Positions 58,110 to 64,000 of a stretch of 64,000 bases of DNA are shown piece after piece. Numbering within the stretch: the first letter of the stretch is position 1; every line of letters begins with the position of its first letter. The notes under the pieces were generated by a model, which worked only from the letters and a program-made list of their open reading frames with translations, was not told the DNA's origin and did not search any database. The position numbers and the translations under genes are program-made. This stretch comes from Candidatus Latescibacterota bacterium (lineage in GTDB: Bacteria; Latescibacterota; UBA2968; GCA-2709665): NCBI GenBank assembly GCA_965226795.1, contig CBDDDZ010000004.1, positions 128,001 through 192,000 of the forward strand, in the 5' to 3' direction.

Positions 58110-59030
58110 GTGTTGATCCAGAGTCTGAAAATCTTCTGTGACCTCCTCGATACCCAGAGTTTTTCAAAGACGGCCGTCCTGAATGGCGTTACGCAGTCGG
58201 CTGTCAGCCAGCAGATTAAAAGTATTGAACATCGCCAGGGCAAACCGTTGCTGGAGCGCCATAAGCGCAAGATCGGCCTTACCAAAGAGGGAGAAGTATT
58301 CTACAAGGGCGCCGGCGACATTGTAAGGCGCTATGACGAGATGTTACAGCGCGTTGAGGCTCTGGACGGCGTCGTTTCAGGCACCGTTCGCCTTTCGGCC
58401 ATTTACAGCGTGGGCATGCGTGAACTCGGACCGTACCTCAAAACCTATCTCAAAGCATATCCCAAGGTCAACTTCCGGCTCGCCTACAACCACACCCCCC
58501 GAATCTACGACGACGTCGCCAGCGGCGAGATCGACTTCGGCGTGGTCGCCTTCCCCAGACCCCACCGCAATATTAAGATAATCCCTTACTCTGAAGACAA
58601 TATGGTGGTGGCATGCCCGCCCACGAATCCGCTTGCAGCGCGAAATCACATAACCGTTAGCGACATCGGCGATCATCCGCTGATTCTCTTCTCCCAGGAA
58701 ACCCACACCCGCCATGCGCTCGACCAATTCTTTCGCAAACATCGCATCCAACCCAACATTGTCATGGAATTCGATCATATCGATACCATAAAGGATGCCG
58801 TCGAAGTGGACCTCGGCATCTCGATCCTTCCAGAACACTCGGTTGACCTGGAACACAAGGAAGGCAGCTTGAAAGTGCTGACCATCGAGGACGACGTTCT
58901 CACCAGGCCCCTGGGCATCCTGCAAAAACGCGGACGCAGCCTTTCCGTAGCCGCCCGAAAACTCCTCGACGTGCTCACCAGCGGAAAGCCCGAGCCGGCG
59001 AGTCGTCTTAGTCGCTCAACGCCGGATTAG
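58110..59030 (+). CDS. LysR family transcriptional regulator
   Basis: SFSKTA...TQSAVSQQIKSIE HTH, LTKEGE, LGISILP. Confidence 0.92.
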   Translation: MLIQSLKIFCDLLDTQSFSKTAVLNGVTQSAVSQQIKSIEHRQGKPLLERHKRKIGLTKEGEVFYKGAGDIVRRYDEMLQRVEALDGVVSGTVRLSAIYSVGMRELGPYLKTYLKAYPKVNFRLAYNHTPRIYDDVASGEIDFGVVAFPRPHRNIKIIPYSEDNMVVACPPTNPLAARNHITVSDIGDHPLILFSQETHTRHALDQFFRKHRIQPNIVMEFDHIDTIKDAVEVDLGISILPEHSVDLEHKEGSLKVLTIEDDVLTRPLGILQKRGRSLSVAARKLLDVLTSGKPEPASRLSRSTPD

Positions 59031-59152
59031 CCTCAGATTTCTGCGGGAGGCCATCAAACGCGCCCGGATAATCGGGTCGATTACTGCTTTTCCGTCCCGA
59101 AAACAATGACCATACGCGGCCGTTCTGCCGGATCGAAGGACGTTTCGAATCG

Positions 59153-59857
59153 TCATTCTTCACGGCTATTGCCGGCAACCATCTCTCGAATCAGGAATCG
59201 AAGAAAACGGACTCCCGTGCGGAAAGAAAGCGCCTTCGATTCCCCTCCTACCCGGTTTCCCTCCCACGTTGGAATCTCCTCGATTCGCATCCGTTGTTTC
59301 ATCGCCCGGATCGTCATCTCGTATTCGATCGTATACCCCATCGATCCGGGATTGAGCTTCAGAAATGCTCCCCGCGTAATTCCTCGAAATCCGTTGATTG
59401 TATCCGTCACGTACGATCCGCGGTTCCAGAGTTGGTTGGCGATCCGCGTAAAAATCTGATTCGTCCATTTTCTCAGCGGCAGAGAATCGTCGTCCTCCTC
59501 GTTACGGGAGCCCGCGAGGAACCGGGACGCAATCGCCATATCGGCGCCGTCTTCGATGGCAGCGAAAAGCCGGGGGATATCGTTCGGGTCTTCATTTCCG
59601 TCAGGGCTGAAGAAAACCAGGCCCTCTCCGCTCGATGCCCGAACGGCTGACCGAAACGCTTCGCCCCGCCCTGGTCGCTGCTGGTCGACCAGCCGAATGT
59701 GGTGGGATGCCAGAACCTCCCGGGTGCCATCCGTCGACCCGCCGTCGACGGCGAGCACTTCGCCGGCCATCCCAGACAGACTCGGCCCGGTTGAGAACAG
59801 CCAGCGAACGCCGTCGACCTCGTTAAGCGTCAGCAGAACAATGGTACGTGTGCCCAT
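59153..59857 (-). CDS. Glycosyltransferase family 2
   Basis: TLNE, VDGGSTDGT, GRGEA, SPDG, ASRF, TDTINGFR. Confidence 0.9.
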   Translation of the reverse strand: MGTRTIVLLTLNEVDGVRWLFSTGPSLSGMAGEVLAVDGGSTDGTREVLASHHIRLVDQQRPGRGEAFRSAVRASSGEGLVFFSPDGNEDPNDIPRLFAAIEDGADMAIASRFLAGSRNEEDDDSLPLRKWTNQIFTRIANQLWNRGSYVTDTINGFRGITRGAFLKLNPGSMGYTIEYEMTIRAMKQRMRIEEIPTWEGNRVGGESKALSFRTGVRFLRFLIREMVAGNSREE

Positions 59858-59882
59858 AGGGTACCCTGAACCCGGATCGCGG

Positions 59883-61091
59883 CTACGCCTGCCCGCCCCT
59901 GAAGAAACACCCGAATAGTTCCACGATACGATCCAGGTCGGTTAACGTAAGGTCCTGGTGGCAACCAATATAGAATCCACTTCTGTTGATCCACTTGGCA
60001 ACGGGATAGTCCGCCTCCCTGATACCCAGCAGGCGCTGGTAGAGAGGCTGATTGGTCAGCGGAAGCATCTCCCGCGTCTCAACCCGGTTCTGTTCCAGAA
60101 AATCCACGAATATGTCCTTTTTCCGGTCCCTCAGGACAATCGGATACATCATGAATGAATGTTCACATTCCGGACGAACCCGCGGAAGCTGCAGGACCGC
60201 TTCGTGTTCAGACAACCTCCGGGTCAGATAGGCGGCATTTTTCCGCCTGGTGGCGATCATGTCCGTCACGACCTCAATCTGCGCCAACCCCAAAGCGGCC
60301 TCCATCTCGGTTAATCGGAAACTATAGCCGAGACTCACGAAAGAAAATCGCCGGGCTACGATTCTTCGAAGCTCCTCCGGCGATTTCCGGTCGTCGTCGT
60401 CTATATTCAGGTACGTCGAATCCCGCCCATGGTTGATCAGCGATCTCAGCTTATTCGCATAATCGGGATGGTCGGTCGTATTCAGTCCGCCCACTCCCGT
60501 GGTCAGCAGATGCGCCGCATAGGTGGAAAAACACCCGATTTCGCCGAGACTTCCGACGCTCCGACCCTTGTATCCGGCGAACATGGTCTCGGCCGAATCT
60601 TCAATGACCTTAAGACCGTACCGCGCGGCAAGTTCGAGGATTGGATCCATGTCGCACGGCTGTCCGAATACATGGACGGGAATGATCGCCCTTGTACGGG
60701 ACGTGACCGCGGCCTCGATCTTTCCCGGGTCCAACTCGTAGTGGACAGGATCCACCTCCACCAGCACCGGACGCATCCTTCCGTGGAATACGATATTCGC
60801 CGTTCCAGCAAAGGTCACCGCGGGCAGGATGACTTCGTCCCCATCGGCCCACCCATGCAATTCCTTCAGCGCGACCAGGGCGACCAGCAGGGCGCTCGTC
60901 CCGCTGTTGCTCATCACACCGAACCGACAGTCGTGCACGCGGGCGAATTCGGCCTCGAACGCCTGCGTCTTGGGACCGTAAGACAGCCGGTTGCTATCCA
61001 GGACCTCGTTTACGAGCGCCCTGGCGCGGGGACTGATGTTCAACGTTCCGACGCCGATTGCCGGCGGCCGGATTTCACGATCTTCGGTCAC
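59883..61091 (-). CDS. DegT-family enzyme with His at the catalytic Lys position (ColD-like 3-dehydratase)
   Basis: NSGTSAL, VHVFGQP, IEDSAE, FSTYAAHLLTTGVGG. Confidence 0.75.
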   Translation of the reverse strand: MTEDREIRPPAIGVGTLNISPRARALVNEVLDSNRLSYGPKTQAFEAEFARVHDCRFGVMSNSGTSALLVALVALKELHGWADGDEVILPAVTFAGTANIVFHGRMRPVLVEVDPVHYELDPGKIEAAVTSRTRAIIPVHVFGQPCDMDPILELAARYGLKVIEDSAETMFAGYKGRSVGSLGEIGCFSTYAAHLLTTGVGGLNTTDHPDYANKLRSLINHGRDSTYLNIDDDDRKSPEELRRIVARRFSFVSLGYSFRLTEMEAALGLAQIEVVTDMIATRRKNAAYLTRRLSEHEAVLQLPRVRPECEHSFMMYPIVLRDRKKDIFVDFLEQNRVETREMLPLTNQPLYQRLLGIREADYPVAKWINRSGFYIGCHQDLTLTDLDRIVELFGCFFRGGQA

Positions 61092-61141
61092 CTCGAACCC
61101 GCCTCCAAGTACCGGCCCGTCCATCGAAGATTTGCACGGCT

Positions 61142-62087
61142 TTACGCCCTGCGCGGCTGCTTCTCGTACCACGAAATCATGTGCCGAAGCCCCTCATCCA
61201 GGGATGTTGTGGCTTCAAATCCGAAATGCCGCTTCGCCCGTGTCACGTCCACGCATCGCCTCGGTTGTCCGTTCGGCCTGTTCGGATCCCAACGCACCTG
61301 GCCGACAAATCCCGCGATATGCTGAATTTTCACGGCGAGGGCCCGGATCGAGATCTCCTCTCCCGATCCCAGGTTTATCGGCTCTGACAGATCATATAAT
61401 TCCGAAGCGAGCAATATGCCCTCTGCCGCGTCCTCGACATACAGAAACTCACGGGTGGGGGAGCCGTCTCCCCAAAGGGTGACGTGGACGTGTCCCAGAT
61501 TCCGGGCATCCACGAACTTACGCACCATTGACGCGAGTCCATGGGATGTCTCCGGATCCAGGTTTTCTCCAGGCCCATATAGGTTCGACATCAGCAGATG
61601 AATCGCGTTGTAGCCGTATTCCGCGCGGTAGGCCTGGCTTTGTACGAGCATCATCTTTTTGGCCAGGCCATAGGGCGCGTTTGTCTGTTCCGGATAGCCG
61701 TCCCAGAGGTTCTCCTCCCTGAAGGGTACCGGCGTGGACATCGGATAGGCGCACACCGATCCGATACCCACGAATTTGGGCACCTCAAACCTGCGGGCCT
61801 GTTCGAGCAGGTGTGCGCCCATAACCAGATTATCATAAAAAAAACGGCCTGGATACCGCTGATTGGCGCCAATGCCGCCAACGGAACCGGCCAGGTGAAT
61901 GATCAGGTGAGGCCGCGCGATCTCGTACATGCGCCGAACGGCTTCCTGCTCCCGCAAGTCGTGGTCCCGGCTGCGCGGCGCGAATATCTGACGGCAACCC
62001 CGTTCGCGCAGCTTCCGCACCACAGACCGGCCCAGAAAACCGGCGCCGCCGGTAACCGCGGACCCGTTTGTCGGTCCAGAAACCCAT
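61142..62087 (-). pseudogene. fcl: GDP-L-fucose synthase / ColC-like reductase with one frameshift at codon 10
   Basis: MGFWTDKRV, then an extra C near 62060, then AVTGGAGFLG; VGGIGAN, GSVCAYP, YGLAK, NLYGP, WGDGSPTREFL. Confidence 0.8.
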
Positions 62088-62197
62088 TCGTCGGCCCTCC
62101 CGATCTTCCGTGTTTTGGAAAGGTATTGGGAATCGCGTTCAGAGTCAGGCCAGGGCAGGTTGACAGGGCGCAGGTTGAACCGATCGGAAGCCTACCA

Positions 62198-62433
62198 CGC
62201 TCCTGTAATTCACGCCGGATCTGTCGTTCGCGCAAAGCTGCCAACCTGTGCTCCGTATTCAGATGGCGCGAGCGCGCCAGAAGCGTCTCGAAAAGCTCCC
62301 ATTCCACGCCCCTGCCGTCCGTGCCGACCGTACGAACAAGCCGCCCTTCCCAGCCGTCGATTTCGCCCCGCGCATGAAGGGCTTCTCTGAGTTCTCCCGC
62401 CAGTCTATCCGCCCCGGCACGGTCGGATTTATT
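62198..62433. repeat. Near-exact copy of meaB segment 62624-62856
   Basis: Matches the original apart from a 3-nt insertion (ATT) near 62301. Confidence 0.9.
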
Positions 62434-62465
62434 CCAGATCCTTTAACCGTCCTTTCATCGAAAGC

Positions 62466-63440
62466 TCACGTTTCGCGCAGCAACCTCTCGGTGGCGTTAT
62501 ACGGATCGTCACCCGCGCGGACCCTGGCCGCGGCGCGATCCAGGCATTCGGTAAGCCTCCGGTGCAAAGCGCATAAACCAGTCCGGCGCCGCATCCAATC
62601 GTAGAGCCAGCCGCGCCTCCACCCGCTCCTGTAATTCACGCCGGATCTGTCGTTCGCGCAAAGCTGCCAACCTGTGCTCCGTATTCAGATGGCGCGAGCG
62701 CGCCAGAAGCGTCTCGAAAAGCTCCCCCACGCCCCTGCCGTCCGTGCCGACCGTACGAACAAGCCGCCCTTCCCAGCCGTCGATTTCGCCCCGCGCATGA
62801 AGGGCTTCTCTGAGTTCTCCCGCCAGTCTATCCGCCCCGGCACGGTCGGATTTATTTAACGCAATCACATCCGCAATTTCCAACACGCCCGCTTTCAGCA
62901 CCTGGATTTCGTCACCCGACTCGGGCACGAGGGTCAGCACAACGGCATCTACGCAATAGGTTACATCTGTCCCGCGCCGCCCGGCACGTCGGTCTGCCCG
63001 ACCCCCGCCGTCTCCACGATCACCAGGTCCTTTCCCATGGCTTCCATCACCCGTACCGTGTCCCGCGCCGCCCGGCACAGCCCGCCCGGCAGACCCTCGT
63101 TCCCCATGCTTCGAATAAACACCGCCGGATCGCCCGACAGGCCCTGCATCCGGATCCGATCGCCCAACAGGGCGCCGCCGGAAAACGGGCTGGCGATATC
63201 CACAGCCAGAATACCCACCGCCCTTCCGGCGTCCCGAAAGCCTGTCGCGAGACGACCCGCGAGCGTACTCTTGCCCGCTCCGGGCGGACCGGTTATGCCG
63301 ATCCGGTAGGCGCCGCCCGTTGATGGATACAGGGCGGCAAGCATTGGCGCCGAATCGGATTCCCGTCGCTCTATGAGCGAAATGGCCCGCGCAGCGGCGC
63401 GGATATCGCCCGCGAGGATTCGGGCGGCCAGATCTCTCAT
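62466..63440 (-). pseudogene. meaB: Methylmalonyl-CoA mutase-associated GTPase MeaB/ArgK, two frameshifts
   Basis: GITGPPGAGKST, GALLGDRIRM, FIRSM, VETAGVGQ, GDEIQVLKAGVLEIAD, NKSD; frame breaks near 62975 and 62580. Confidence 0.85.
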
Positions 63441-63832
63441 TTCACGGCTTCCCGGAGTCGCGCGACAATGTCGCCCGTATGCGTTCCCGGACCCCAGAAG
63501 AATGCCAGTCCTCCGGCCTTGAGCGCCTCGTGGTCGGCTGGCGTAATGATGCCGCCGCCCACCAGCAGAATGTTATCCGCACCCCGCGCCCGAAGGAGAT
63601 CCATCACCTTCGGGAAGATCGTCAGATGGGCTCCCGAAAGAGAACTGATACCCAGCACATCCACGTCTTCCTGGATCGCTGTGTTCACCACCTCATCCGC
63701 CGTGCGATGCAGGCCCGTATAAATGACTTCCATCCCCGCATCCCGCAGCGCGCGCGCCACGACCTTGGCGCCCCGGTCGTGCCCGTCCAGACCTAACTTT
63801 GCAATCAGAACGCGTATTTTGCGAGCGGACAT
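63437..63832 (-). CDS. Cobalamin-binding subunit of methylmalonyl-CoA/isobutyryl-CoA mutase
   Basis: AKLGLDGHDRGAK (DxHxxG), ISSLSGAH, GGGII. Confidence 0.92.
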   Translation of the reverse strand: MSARKIRVLIAKLGLDGHDRGAKVVARALRDAGMEVIYTGLHRTADEVVNTAIQEDVDVLGISSLSGAHLTIFPKVMDLLRARGADNILLVGGGIITPADHEALKAGGLAFFWGPGTHTGDIVARLREAVK

Positions 63833-64000
63833 TTCTGACTCCCGGAGCAAGACCTTCTTCCTTGTAGAACTGGCCCAAATCCGCCGAGAACGAACAACTG
63901 AATTTCAGTATTTCGGGCTACCCTACCTGGTGGCTCAAACCGAAAACGAGGTTGAAGTGTGTTTTCCTTTTCCCAATCAGGCTAACGCGGCGCGTAGGCA

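Noticed and set aside
62040..62087. Programmed frameshift in fcl or meaB
   Set aside because: No slippery heptamer or stimulatory structure, and the lesions cluster with duplications, which suggests error or decay.

Overview
GC-rich bacterial chromosomal segment. The gene mix (several Gfo/Idh/MocA, PhyH-type dioxygenase and homocysteine-methyltransferase paralogues) suggests an uncultured heterotroph such as a Latescibacterota/Poribacteria-like lineage; this is a weak inference. Layout: (i) 1-6.8 kb, a minus-strand catabolic cluster. (ii) ~7.2-33.5 kb, a ~26 kb defence/toxin-antitoxin island with an intact type I R-M locus (hsdR-hsdS-hsdM), a HEPN-motif protein, three Schlafen/AlbA_2 genes, a 1522-aa nuclease-STAND (Avs-like) gene, an AAA_14-DUF4143 ATPase/nuclease, several TA pairs and many deletion relics of a second type I locus. 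(iii) 33.8-39.5 kb, a TolC-MFP-RND efflux operon, then a MITE and a broken PIN module. (iv) 41-59 kb, metabolic genes (PhyH x2, M16 peptidase, DegT aminotransferase, epimerase, deacetylase, PLP aldolase, frdABCD, fumC, LysR). (v) 59-64 kb, a ColD/ColC-like dideoxysugar cluster, a damaged meaB and a B12-binding mutase subunit. The most unusual signals are three. First, helically phased 11-12 bp tandem arrays sit inside AlbA_2-HATPase genes just before allele-specific wHTH domains, and one array is split by a perfect IHF consensus. Second, 25-33 bp palindromic mini-elements occur four times; one demonstrably inserted without target duplication and two are nested inside other repeats. Third, a Schlafen cassette is spliced into an hsdS/hsdM stop-start overlap. 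No rRNA, tRNA or CRISPR array was seen. All family calls come from motif recognition by eye, not from database searches.
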